Origin: a virus
Taxonomy: Duplodnaviria > Caudoviricetes
DNA length: 64,000 nucleotides
Strand: one strand, 5' to 3'
Virus record (IMG/VR): IMGVR_UViG_3300005077_000489
Location: 1 to 64,000 of that record
Part shown: one piece after another, positions 11,585 through 21,676 of the stretch
How positions within the stretch are numbered: the first letter of the stretch is position 1
How the letters are laid out: each line of letters begins with the position of its first letter
Program-made: the position numbers and the translations under genes
Notes under the pieces: generated by a model
What the model was told of the DNA's origin: nothing
Databases searched by the model: none
Seen by the model: only the letters and a program-made list of their open reading frames with translations

Positions 11585-13616
11585 TACTTCAATTCCTTCA
11601 GTAATAGGTGTGTTATTTTTAATTTCCGTAGTATATTAGAAAAATCAGCAGTGTCATATGCCCATATTGCTATATCAGTGCGTAAATCCCATTTCCATAT
11701 TTCTCCGTCTACTATGCGAAAATCTATAGTTCCTATACTGTCATTATATTGCCTTACTTCCATTTTGAAAGAATCTTCTGGGTCTTCCCCAAAGAATATA
11801 ACCCACATAACCCCATAATGAAGAGGGTTATCGAACCAGTTTATTCGGTCATATTCGGGTAAAAAACCCCACACATCTTCTAGAGCACAAACTAGGTTTA
11901 TTTCTATGTCGTTAATACTCAGCATTAATCATCCTCGGGCTCTAGAAACTGCATTATGAAGTTACAAGGATCACGGAGGTTGTCTATGTTCTTCTGTAAC
12001 ATTTCTATTAAATCTTCCAAGCAGTTTCCTACATATTTCAAATCATGAATAATTTGAAATTTATCTTCAAAGGTTAAATCCGGCTCACGTAACTCTTCGG
12101 CTAATCCTTGGATTAACTGCTCTTCTATTAATAAGCAACATTTTAACATGTCATTATCCTTGTTATTTAGGATACCCGTTAGAATGTTAACGATTTCCTT
12201 AGTCGGGTTACGAGTCACTTTCTTCTATATCCCTGCGTATAGCTTGTACTAATTCTATATATTTTGATAACGTATTATGTAGCTCTAATGCTTGTTCTAA
12301 CAATTGTAATTGTATATATCCAGCTCTAGGATCTCCGGACGACAAAGCTATACCGCATGCTCCATGAAAAACTAAAAGACCTGTTAGGCGGTCCATTAGT
12401 TTAGAAATCAGTTTATCTAGTTCATCCGGCTCCCCTAGATTATTGTTTCGCATCTGCTATAAGTCCTCTTGCTGTATCACTGTTTAGGAATTTACAACAA
12501 CCGGTTTCAATTTCTACTATGAAGATACGGTGCTCTGATAGGTCTCCTATTAATTCGAAACGACGGTCTGACAAGTTAAGGTCTATATCGCTTATATTTA
12601 GCCAAAAAATATACGGAGTCCAACCTAATTTAGTTTTATTAACGTAAACGTTATTCCATGCTGTGTCAGCGATGTCAAACATATGTTCTAACGTCTTTTG
12701 TGAAACTCTATATTTTTTCGTAAAGTAACTAGGGTCTTTATCAATCATCTTTAGCTCGGAGTATTTTAAAATATGTTAATATATATTCTTCCAATATACC
12801 TGTAAAACTATTAATTCTATCTGATATAGCATATACCACACACTTTCGTTGTTCGTCATCAAACCATTCGCATTTTGTACTACACAAAGCACGCTTCTCA
12901 GTCATAAATGGACACATTTTTTTACCGCGTTCAATCATCTTTAAGCACCCCGTCTATCCTATCTAACCATATATCAAATAGTTCATCATTACTAGATAAG
13001 GAGTAGAGATCAAAAATGGTTACAGTGTCCACAGTAGTTTTTGCTTCTTTACTTTTTCTATAATCAGCGAGATTTATTATTTTGGCAGTCATATGCACCT
13101 TCCATATAACCAATGCAATAAAACACGACACACAGTGAGGACCAGACCGACAAAGATGAATTTGGGTATAATGTAGCTATGTATTGTGCGGTAATCGTTG
13201 TGAGTAGAAAAATCATGACAAATATAATATTAGCCTTCATCTAATTTCTCCTCTTCCTCCCCTTTGGCAACCAATTCCATAGCACATTCTAATGAACAAG
13301 TTATATCATTGACGTCTTTTCCATCAATGTCTAGACGTTCATCCACAAAGAAAAACCTTTTACAATTCAAACACATTACTTCCATCCAAAAGCTCCATAA
13401 GATACTCAAAGCGTACAGCATCTTCTAATTTTTCCTGTATTTGGTCTGACCTGTCTATCATAGGGTCTAATAAACCTTCCTCATCAAATAATTGTCTTAT
13501 TTTTTTATAATTTTTGGACAGCCTTGCGATATACATAATAAATATTAATATCTCAATTTCTTCTACTGTCAATTCCAATATTATCTTATCCATCAGAATT
13601 TTTCCTTCTACCTAAT

Positions 13617-13642
13617 ATATAGTACACAAATTCATCTCTACT
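13617..13642 (-). promoter_or_regulatory. Copy 1 of conserved promoter-like motif
   Basis: AGTAGAGATGAATTTGTGTACTATAT, about 24 nt upstream of ORF 13360-13593. Confidence 0.7.
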
Positions 13643-14174
13643 TAGACTTTTTTGTCTCAGTAGCAATTTTTATAGAACCACTTACTTTACTGCAGACACT
13701 ACATCTATATTGTCCGTTAGCCATGTTATTAAAAACTCTCCGTTTTTTACCATATTTCTTATCTTGATATTCATGCTCACAACTACATTCTATTATTGCA
13801 GAGCCCTTTGCTCCAGCCATTGATATTACCTCCTATATTTCTGGTAGTTTATTTCCGCAATATTCACAGTAATTTACGGATAAGAGTTTTCCACTTAGAC
13901 TTGTATATTCCACTAGCTCTGATTTCAAGAAATCTATAATATCTTTTTTAATCAGTTCCCAGTTAACATCTTCGAAATTCCGGTCTAGATGGGCGGTTAG
14001 AAAGCAAGTACACCCACACCCGGGAATGTTATAACTAAATTTGAATGTATTTCCAGATTCATATTTCACGTCAACGATAGTACCGCGATTACCGAAAACA
14101 ACAGGGAAACTTTTATTCATGGAAACTCCAAAGTAGACCCAACGCGGGCTCTAATATTTACAATATGTTCTATG

Positions 14175-14714
14175 TTAGTTATTGGATTGTCTTATCTCTT
14201 CCAGAGTCATTAAGGACCAGACTTCTACGTCCCTATGCTCTTGACGGTCTACTATTACAAACGGGTACACATCATAGGTGCCTTTTAGATAATCTGACAC
14301 AGTTTCTTCTATAGAGCTGCCGGTAGTTATCACATCGTCTATCATTATCACATTACTTAACAAAGTTCCTTCGATATCATTACCTAACCCATGGTCTTTC
14401 TTTCTTTGGCGTATCACAGCTAAGGGATAGGCTTTCTTATAGGCAATAATAGGTGCTATGACAGCCCCCATCGTTGGTATTCCTAAAATACAAGGTAATT
14501 GGTTCTCTTTATAATTATCACAAATCATACTGTATAAGGCTTGCATCGTGTAATTAAACAAGGTAGGAACTTTTATCAAATCCCGAATATTTATATAGAT
14601 ATCACTAGTCTTGCCAGATTTTAATTTAAATCCGTCCGGGTACTCTAGTCCTTGCCTCTTTATTATTCCGGCTTCAAAGAATTTTTTAATTAATAATTCT
14701 TTGTCACACCTCAT
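14175..14714 (-). CDS. pyrE: Orotate phosphoribosyltransferase
   Basis: FKLKSGKTSDIYINIR, IRQRKKDHG and PRPP-binding motif VIMIDDVITTGSSI. Confidence 0.88.
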   Translation of the reverse strand: MRCDKELLIKKFFEAGIIKRQGLEYPDGFKLKSGKTSDIYINIRDLIKVPTLFNYTMQALYSMICDNYKENQLPCILGIPTMGAVIAPIIAYKKAYPLAVIRQRKKDHGLGNDIEGTLLSNVIMIDDVITTGSSIEETVSDYLKGTYDVYPFVIVDRQEHRDVEVWSLMTLEEIRQSNN

Positions 14715-15043
14715 ATTTTGCCCTCTCGTTGTAATTCTGCTATAATTTCATGGGCAGGTCTAAATTCTGTATCGTCTAAACATTTTGTGACTATCTTCTT
14801 TTTTAAATCTAACCGATGATCTACTCTTTCTCTTCCAAATATATATGCCATCTCTTCAGCCATCAGCATTACATCAGCAATCTCTTCTGCTACCTCGTCC
14901 TTGTCTATTCTACCGCGAAAATAATGGGATAGGGCTGTCATTAGTTCTCCCATTTCTTCCATAGCCATCCATATCTGGGATTCAACTCCCCATTTTTCAA
15001 TTGTTTCTTTGAAGATGTCTCTTTTCGTTTGTTGCATCTGCAC
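14711..15043 (-). CDS. MazG-like nucleotide pyrophosphohydrolase
   Basis: MEEMGELMTAL and VAEEIADVMLM motifs. Confidence 0.8.
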   Translation of the reverse strand: MQMQQTKRDIFKETIEKWGVESQIWMAMEEMGELMTALSHYFRGRIDKDEVAEEIADVMLMAEEMAYIFGRERVDHRLDLKKKIVTKCLDDTEFRPAHEIIAELQREGKI

Positions 15044-16652
15044 TACCCATCATCTGACGTATATCTACTCCTGTGGACGTGGTTATATGGGACATCCACT
15101 GTGTATATTCAAAATCTTTATATTTAGATGGTCTTTCAGAACCGCAATATTCACAATATTGATTAAATGGCTTAAAGGATGCTCCACAGTTCTCGCACTT
15201 TGTAGAGTTATAAATAGTAGACAATTTTGTTAGCACTCCTTACAACCATCGTCATCACAATGGCATGTTCCCTCGCAGCAACCATCAGAGCTACAACATG
15301 GGTTTTTCTCCAAACAAGAACATGTATAAACACGTTTGTTCAATTCTTCGTCCCAATAAATTGGGGCTGCACATTTATCACATCTATCTATCATTAATGA
15401 CATTTGAGTCCTCCTCTCAGTCCTTTGGGAAATCGTCTTTTAAAGGATATAATTGTGTTGACTTATATGTATCCATATTAGTCCGATTTGCACGTAGTAT
15501 ATCTATCTTCTTTTTTAGGTCATCATTCCATTTGACATTTTTTACTGCGTCAAGAAATGATTTTATCTCGGTAAGTATATCATTTGCTTTTACGTCGTCA
15601 GATTTAGTAGCATCTTTATCATATTTCTGATCGTTGGGTATTAATGGTTTTATATCATCTACTACCATATTTATTATTTTTATACCACGAGATATTAAAA
15701 TCTTTATAGCAGCGACTTCTTCCTCATCTAATTCATCCGTTATATAAAGGATATCTGAGGCAACCCTTATAAAATTTATACCATCATTAATCTTGTTACC
15801 CGCTAATTCATAAACCGAAGCCTTAACTTCGTCATCTAGCCTTCCTGCTATTCTTCTTCCTATACACATTATTATTTTTCCTCCTAAAAAATTTCTACGG
15901 TAAAACCGTCATGCTCTACTTCATTAAGCAACATATTTTTACAAATATCACAGATCGGTATTATTGCATAATCTTTTGGTGCGGGAGCACCGCTTATATC
16001 AATGTAAAGCTTAGAATTCTGGTCAGCATGTTTTATCGCATGATCAATAATAATTCTACAATTAGGACAGAAATCTATTTCACCAACTATAGCCATCAAA
16101 CCACCGCATCAAGTCATCAACAGTATCATTTTTAGTATTAGTTATATTTGTGGGCCAAAAAGTTTCCTTCGAATTTTTCTTTAGAAACACTTTGAATCCA
16201 TATCGTGTATCTGCTGTTATTTGTAGTATTATTGTGTCCCTGACATATTCCCACTGCACAATAGAAGAATTGCCCTCACCAGAACCACTCACTGCCGTCA
16301 CAAACGTTAGTTCTATATTTCTTGACGATGCAGCGGGGAGTAAGTCTTTCTCTATTTCGTCACGCCATTTATAGACTGCTTCTACCTTTAATCTAGCCCA
16401 CTCTTGCTTGATAGACATTACAACCTCTGTTAGTGTCCAGAAAAACGATTTAATAATTCTTCTATTAAATCTTTTATTTCTCTAGACCTCTCCAATTTGC
16501 CGCAAGCAAAACCATATAAGAAACAGTCGGTGTGGTTCATCTTGTCTAAATTTGACAAATTTTTTCCATGAAAATCTTCATAGGACTTTACATTTTCCTT
16601 GTCTTTTACCACCAGTTGTTTTAAATAGTCTATTAAACTCAAACTACCCATA

Positions 16653-17153
16653 TTATTTCCCACAGCACTTTTTGTATTTTTTACCGGAGCCACAAGGGCA
16701 CGGATCATTTCTTCCTATCTTATTGTAATTGATTATAATTATGCCTTGGAGATGATCAACTTCATGTTGAATGATCCTTGCAACAATAGGGTCATTCATT
16801 TGGATTTGTCCACCAAAATTATCGGCTTCTATAGTTATCTGCTTCCATCTAGGTACATCAACTATTCTATTATCAATAGATAAGCACCCCTCGGGCTCTA
16901 CAGTAATCGGACCACGTTTGTTTACTATACGTGGGTTTACTAGGTCCATTTTGTAACCTTCGTATCTGATAATGCATACAGGTTCTGATATCCCTATTTG
17001 CGGAGCGGCTAAACCAACTCCTAAATATTCTCCACGCACTCCCATCAATGCCTCGCTTAGTGCGGTCAATATACTTTCTGGTTCCGAGGTTAAGAAACCT
17101 TTGCACGGTTTAGTTAAGACCTCGTTCGGATACTTCAATATTTCTGGTTTCAC
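16653..17153 (-). CDS. def: Peptide deformylase fused to a C-terminal SEC-C motif
   Basis: [15 protein letters not shown] and QHEVDHLQG motifs; ends [22 protein letters not shown]. Confidence 0.95.
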   Translation of the reverse strand: MKPEILKYPNEVLTKPCKGFLTSEPESILTALSEALMGVRGEYLGVGLAAPQIGISEPVCIIRYEGYKMDLVNPRIVNKRGPITVEPEGCLSIDNRIVDVPRWKQITIEADNFGGQIQMNDPIVARIIQHEVDHLQGIIIINYNKIGRNDPCPCGSGKKYKKCCGK

Positions 17154-17168
17154 TATGAACTCCCATAT

Positions 17169-18035
17169 TTATTTTTTACCTCCCATGAACAGTTTATTAA
17201 AACAGTCACTGCACTCACACTGTGGCGTCTGTTCGGTAAATCCTGCTTCATCCAGTTTTTTATTTATCTCCACTACCAAATTTTCATATGTTATATTCCA
17301 AGTATGCTCTTTCAATGTTTGTGCTAAAAAGAACGTCAGGGCTCCGTGGAAGCGATTGTTAAAAAGAGCATCTGCTGAGTACTCGTGTTCTGCACACCCA
17401 CTTATTAAGATTGCATTACCTTGTTCCATCGTTTTTATCAAAAAGGGTTTCCTAGCGATATCCCTACTTTTTATTTTGGGTATTAAATAACTTAAGTCAT
17501 CATCTAGTTCTAATCCTCCGTTTTCAAGCATAACACTTGGTAGGGGTCTAAAGTACCTGTTTTTTGCATTATGGGGAAGGCATCCGCGGAGACCTGTACC
17601 ACTCATACAAGCATCTTCAATGACTAAAATATGTATGCTAGGATCAATATTTTTAAATTGAGCACCTAACTCATTATCTCTAATAGGGTCTCTGGGGTTG
17701 AAGTCATAATTTACAATAGTCTCATCCATGCTGTCCGCTTCGGAATCCTGAGTTTCCGAGTTGGTTGGTATACTAGTACCATGTCCTGACCAAAGGAAGC
17801 AAATTGTAGAATCAGGAGGGAGGTCAGAAACTAACCAATTTAGCCCCTGCTTTATATTAATTCTAGTTGCTTCATTATTGCTTAATAATTTGAACTCTGT
17901 AAAACCGTAAACTTCCTTCCATATTTTATAGGTTAATAGTTGGTCGTTGAGACAACCGTTTAAATCTCCTATGCCATTTGGGTAATCATTTACAGCCGCT
18001 GACAATAATCTCTTTACTGGTTTACTCATAATCAT
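17169..18035 (-). CDS. Metacaspase/caspase-like peptidase (C14)
   Basis: LNGCLND, WSGHG (catalytic His), DETIV..D, IEDACMSG (catalytic Cys), SGC.EHEYSAD, HGALTFFL. Confidence 0.92.
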   Translation of the reverse strand: MIMSKPVKRLLSAAVNDYPNGIGDLNGCLNDQLLTYKIWKEVYGFTEFKLLSNNEATRINIKQGLNWLVSDLPPDSTICFLWSGHGTSIPTNSETQDSEADSMDETIVNYDFNPRDPIRDNELGAQFKNIDPSIHILVIEDACMSGTGLRGCLPHNAKNRYFRPLPSVMLENGGLELDDDLSYLIPKIKSRDIARKPFLIKTMEQGNAILISGCAEHEYSADALFNNRFHGALTFFLAQTLKEHTWNITYENLVVEINKKLDEAGFTEQTPQCECSDCFNKLFMGGKK

Positions 18036-18059
18036 TTCTCGCTTAGTTTTTCTTAAAAG

Positions 18060-18398
18060 TTATTTACTATTTACATACAGACAATTAGATGTGGAGCCTG
18101 TAGAATTCCAAGACGTATATTCTGCTGGTTTAATATCATTCGTACCATCATTATATGTTGGACCCCAATACGGATTTGGCCAACCTGGATAATCTCTCCA
18201 AATAATTATCGGTTGATTACACGGCTCTTCTTTAGGTTTAAATTCTTTTGTGAATTCTTTATTAGTCATGTAATATTGTTTGCCGTTTTCGATGACCAGC
18301 CAGTCTCCTTTTTCTGCTAATACTCCGCCGCAAGCATTGAAGACCGGCTCTATCAATTGTATGGCTTGTACATACTTCTCCTTTCGTTCATAGTTCAT
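18060..18398 (-). CDS. Hypothetical protein, PGDYG-like
   Basis: YVQAIQL...KGDWLVIENGKQYYM...F pattern. Confidence 0.35.
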   Translation of the reverse strand: MNYERKEKYVQAIQLIEPVFNACGGVLAEKGDWLVIENGKQYYMTNKEFTKEFKPKEEPCNQPIIIWRDYPGWPNPYWGPTYNDGTNDIKPAEYTSWNSTGSTSNCLYVNSK

Positions 18399-18399
18399 T

Positions 18400-18615
18400 T
18401 TAAGTTACCTCAATGTTGTTAGGTGGTTGTTCAGAGGCTGTATTATCAAACACTCTGATTTCTTGAAGTTTGCTGGAGAGATCTTCATCTACTTCTTCCT
18501 TAGTTTTGCCCTCTATTCTGTAACCTTTTAAGTTAAGAATTCTACCTTTCCATACTTCTTTATGTCCCTTGGTTTTTTTCTCTAATACCGGAACATAATA
18601 AGTGATGTCTTCCAC
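18400..18615 (-). CDS. HicB-like N-terminal domain protein
   Basis: beta-beta-LKG-YRIEGKTKEEVDEDL resembles the HicB L.G...G.T.EEA..N pattern; no DNA-binding domain. Confidence 0.45.
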   Translation of the reverse strand: MEDITYYVPVLEKKTKGHKEVWKGRILNLKGYRIEGKTKEEVDEDLSSKLQEIRVFDNTASEQPPNNIEVT

Positions 18616-18644
18616 AATAATAACTTTGCCTCCTTAATCCTTGT

Positions 18645-18778
18645 CTTGTCCCCCCGCAGTCCTACCTAAAGCGGAGGGTGTCCTTGTCGGGTGCACGAAT
18701 GCCCTTCGGATAATTTGCCCGCAGCGACCCTACGTCCCTTCCGAACAGCGGGCATTGTTTAATAGGTCGCCCCGCCCA
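18645..18778 (-). ncRNA. Candidate structured RNA / cis-regulatory leader
   Basis: GC-rich intergenic stretch with several complementary blocks, including crossing (pseudoknot) pairs; see findings. Confidence 0.45.
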
Positions 18779-18979
18779 TTATGTACTAGTAAATAGCATA
18801 GTTAATTCTTCTCTCTAAAAAAATCTAGTTCTTTTTCTATCACAAAGGTACAAGCGGAAGACAACCTAGTTAGGTAATCTGTACGCTTTAATGCCTTTAA
18901 AACTGTTCCGGAATCTTCCGCTCTAGAATTTAAGAACTCTTCAATATTATCAATTTCTCCAGTAATAGTTATCATAAAA

Positions 18980-19816
18980 TCACGTATTTTTGGTTCTAAA
19001 CTTTTCACGCTCCAACTCCAGTCTTAATTTTGATTTAATAACATCTTTTTCATCTAATTCGAAGCAGATGAAGTTCCTGTCATTACGTAACGCAGAGATT
19101 CCTGTTGTTGCTAGACCACCAAAAGGGTCTAATATAATTCCGTCCTGAGGGGAACCAGCAATTACACAAGGTTCTATTAATTCGACAGGAAACATCGAAT
19201 AATGTTCTAATTTAGATGGCTTTGGCTTAACATGCCAAACACTTCTTTTGTTACGGTAACCAGTATAATCCCAATATTTAGGGGGTCTGGAGTTTACTCC
19301 TTTCGTAGAATATCGTTCTCTTGACCCTTTTGCTCCGCGGGTGCCAGCCGGTATCACACCTTTTTCTTTTATTGCTTCGTTATCGAAATAGTAATTCTTA
19401 CCTGATTTTGATAGTAGGAAAATATATTCGTGACATAAGGTGGTTCTACCAGACACGCCGCCAAAGCATTTATTCATTTTATCCCAAATTATGCAATCTC
19501 TGATGGTGTAGCCTACTTCTTCTAGAGCAAAGGCGGTTCGCCAAGGTAAACCGGATAGTTTTCTATCCATAAATTTTTCACCTAGGTTAATCCATACTGT
19601 TCCTTCGTCTTTTAGTACTCTATGTGCTTTCACAAAAAAACCTAAAATATGTTCTATATAATAATCTAGAGTAGTTTCGTTTCCAATATAACCTACTATA
19701 TCCTTGGTTCTCTGTTTCCAATATGGTGGAGAAGTAATTATTGCATCTACATAATTCGTAGGTAGAAATTCTATCAGTTCTAGTGCATCTCCGCATGTAA
19801 CATCATTTAACATCAA
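18980..19816 (-). CDS. DNA N4-cytosine/N6-adenine methyltransferase (beta class)
   Basis: Catalytic TSPPY precedes the SAM-binding motif ILDPFGGLATTG; H...FP.ELIEPC motif. Confidence 0.92.
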   Translation of the reverse strand: MMLNDVTCGDALELIEFLPTNYVDAIITSPPYWKQRTKDIVGYIGNETTLDYYIEHILGFFVKAHRVLKDEGTVWINLGEKFMDRKLSGLPWRTAFALEEVGYTIRDCIIWDKMNKCFGGVSGRTTLCHEYIFLLSKSGKNYYFDNEAIKEKGVIPAGTRGAKGSRERYSTKGVNSRPPKYWDYTGYRNKRSVWHVKPKPSKLEHYSMFPVELIEPCVIAGSPQDGIILDPFGGLATTGISALRNDRNFICFELDEKDVIKSKLRLELEREKFRTKNT

Positions 19817-20062
19817 ACTTCCTCACTTATATTCTTCGCTATTTGTGCATAACGTCCACTCAAATCGAACAACGGCGGTTTTCCTAAATAATTAAGAAAT
19901 GAAATATCTTTGCAATGCTGACAATATAGTATGTAACCATAAACTATACCGGAAAAAGTATCTCCTATAACCCGGGCATGGTATGCCGACGTTAGGTAAT
20001 GGCATGCAGGACATAAGACATGCGTGAGCTCAAGGTCTTGTATATTATTTTCTACCATAGAA

Positions 20063-20896
20063 TTACTCCTTAATCAATTTAATCCATTCAGCATGTGTGA
20101 TAAAAAACCCAGAAGCACCTGCATGACCCCCACCACCGTACTTTCCTGCAATGAGGCTAAGATCTACGTCAGACCAGTCGGCTCTATATAAGCCAACATT
20201 TACTTGGTCTTTTTGGAACATAAAAACAACTGCAATCTCGGCTTTGGGGTGTGCTTCCCTCAATCTTTTATGGAGTTCACCAGAAATTATTCCTGAACCA
20301 TTCAGAAATACGGCGGGGTAACCTTCAAACTCCCCCTCCCATGCAAAATTATTATTATAGATATCTACTATATTTCGTATAAAACGGAGTATTTCATACC
20401 CCTGTGTAATATAATGTGATGTTAATGCATCATCATTAATTAATTCTTTCCATCGTTCTACGTTGCTCATGAACATCCTGGATGCTTCATGAAAAGCAGC
20501 TGTACGTTCGCCCATTTCCCACTTCCAGACATCTCGGTCATTTACAATTTGTACCACAAGGGGTGGATTTAGATTGGGATAAAAATATTCCCACGTAAGC
20601 AAACAACCGGACTTTCCTATTTGAGTTTTACCACGTAAGCCTAGTCTCCCAAGTCGCTCTATACTAGAAACGTGATGGTCTATCCATATAATTTTATTAG
20701 AATATTTTTCCATAAGGTCATCCGGGAGAGTATAATCCAGTACATAAATGTAATCCGCTTCTTCTATAGCGGCAACGTTGTGTGTTCCATCATAATGACC
20801 CACCTCAAATTTTAGGTCTTCTAATAAGGCGATAGAAGCCACAGCTGCAGAGAGAAAGCCATCATTATCATCGTGATGGTAAATGAGTATATTCAA
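20063..20896 (-). CDS. DHH/DHHA1 family phosphoesterase
   Basis: HHDDNDG, VLDY, IDHH and GGGGHAGASG motifs. Start moved to TTG at 20896 because of a GGAGG RBS and the promoter motif at 20931-20956. Confidence 0.9.
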   Translation of the reverse strand: MNILIYHHDDNDGFLSAAVASIALLEDLKFEVGHYDGTHNVAAIEEADYIYVLDYTLPDDLMEKYSNKIIWIDHHVSSIERLGRLGLRGKTQIGKSGCLLTWEYFYPNLNPPLVVQIVNDRDVWKWEMGERTAAFHEASRMFMSNVERWKELINDDALTSHYITQGYEILRFIRNIVDIYNNNFAWEGEFEGYPAVFLNGSGIISGELHKRLREAHPKAEIAVVFMFQKDQVNVGLYRADWSDVDLSLIAGKYGGGGHAGASGFFITHAEWIKLIKE

Positions 20897-20930
20897 AACT
20901 TGCCTCCAAAAATTTAGTCTTCTATATATT

Positions 20931-20956
20931 ATATAGTACACACTTCTGTCTCTACT
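20931..20956 (-). promoter_or_regulatory. Copy 2 of conserved promoter-like motif (leftward)
   Basis: AGTAGAGACAGAAGTGTGTACTATAT at the head of the left arm. Confidence 0.7.
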
Positions 20957-21292
20957 GGCAAAAAGTGCAAGATAATTTTAAAAATAAATTTTTTGAAATT
21001 TTTTTCTTTAATTATATTAGTAAGATAGGTAAAACCGCCCAAACTTTCTATGAGTAGAGATCGATTTGTGTACTATATTAATTATAAGAAACTTGAAAAA
21101 AATATATATATAATATATATTATATTAGAAGAATATAGAGAGAGAGTGAGTGCAGAGAGCCGTGGGGAACGTAGTGACCGAGGGTCTCTGTAGAGTGTAA
21201 GATAAATACAGAAATATTAATAACTTAATATTGTTTATAAGTAATATTAGTAACTTATAATAGAGTGTCTTATAAAGGGAGGGTACAGGGTT
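20957..21292. other. AT-rich divergent intergenic region, candidate replication origin/control region
   Basis: Gene orientation and purine strand bias switch here; long A/T runs and (AT)n tracts. Confidence 0.45.
21053..21078 (+). promoter_or_regulatory. Copy 3 of conserved promoter-like motif (rightward)
   Basis: AGTAGAGATCGATTTGTGTACTATAT at the head of the right arm. Confidence 0.7.
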
Positions 21293-21673
21293 ATGACTAA
21301 AAGATTTCATATGGACTTAGCAGATGAATATCATTTTCTTAAGGAGAAAGTAGCTAAGTTGTACTTAAAAATAATGCAGATAGAGGGTCAAGTAATTAAG
21401 GAAAAAAGATTAATTAAAAAAGGTAGATCTTTCATACAAAGAATGTTAGAAATAGAACAAGATTGTAAAAATTATGGATATCCACATCCTGACACAAAGT
21501 ACTATGAGAGCGAGACACCAAGTAATTATGACTTAACTAACTTGCGTTATAATCAAAAAGCTTTATACAATCCGGACGGTACTCTGTTTAAAACACCTGT
21601 CTTGGAGGGCTCTGACCTCAGATTGTACTCTGAGGAAGAAAAGGAGAAGTTTTTTAGTAAAGACGGGGAATAA
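21293..21673 (+). CDS. Hypothetical protein
   Basis: 126-aa ORF with GGAGG RBS; first gene of the right arm. Confidence 0.7.
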   Translation: MTKRFHMDLADEYHFLKEKVAKLYLKIMQIEGQVIKEKRLIKKGRSFIQRMLEIEQDCKNYGYPHPDTKYYESETPSNYDLTNLRYNQKALYNPDGTLFKTPVLEGSDLRLYSEEEKEKFFSKDGE

Positions 21674-21676
21674 TTA

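Larger units (their letters stand above)
1699..20896 (-). other. Left-arm array of tightly packed small minus-strand ORFs, mostly hypothetical (early/accessory region)
   Basis: Dozens of 60-180 aa ORFs abut or overlap by a few bases, with GGAG/GAGG RBSs. Several have CxxC Zn-ribbon motifs (1699-2073, 8903-9175, 13638-13820, 14997-15236, 19813-20058) or single TM helices. Confidence 0.8.

Noticed and set aside
15229-15238. TTAGCACTC, half of a CIRCE operator
   Set aside because: No matching second half at 9-nt spacing; it is the reverse complement of an RBS and start region.
18720-18760. CGGAAGG in the structured RNA suggesting SRP RNA, or an HDV-like ribozyme
   Set aside because: It lacks the CAGG/AGCA internal loop of SRP helix 8, and there is no room for HDV P1.1, P4 and the catalytic C in the required order.
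20897-20941. GTG start at 20941 for the DHH gene
   Set aside because: It overlaps the promoter motif and has no RBS; TTG at 20896 has GGAGG.
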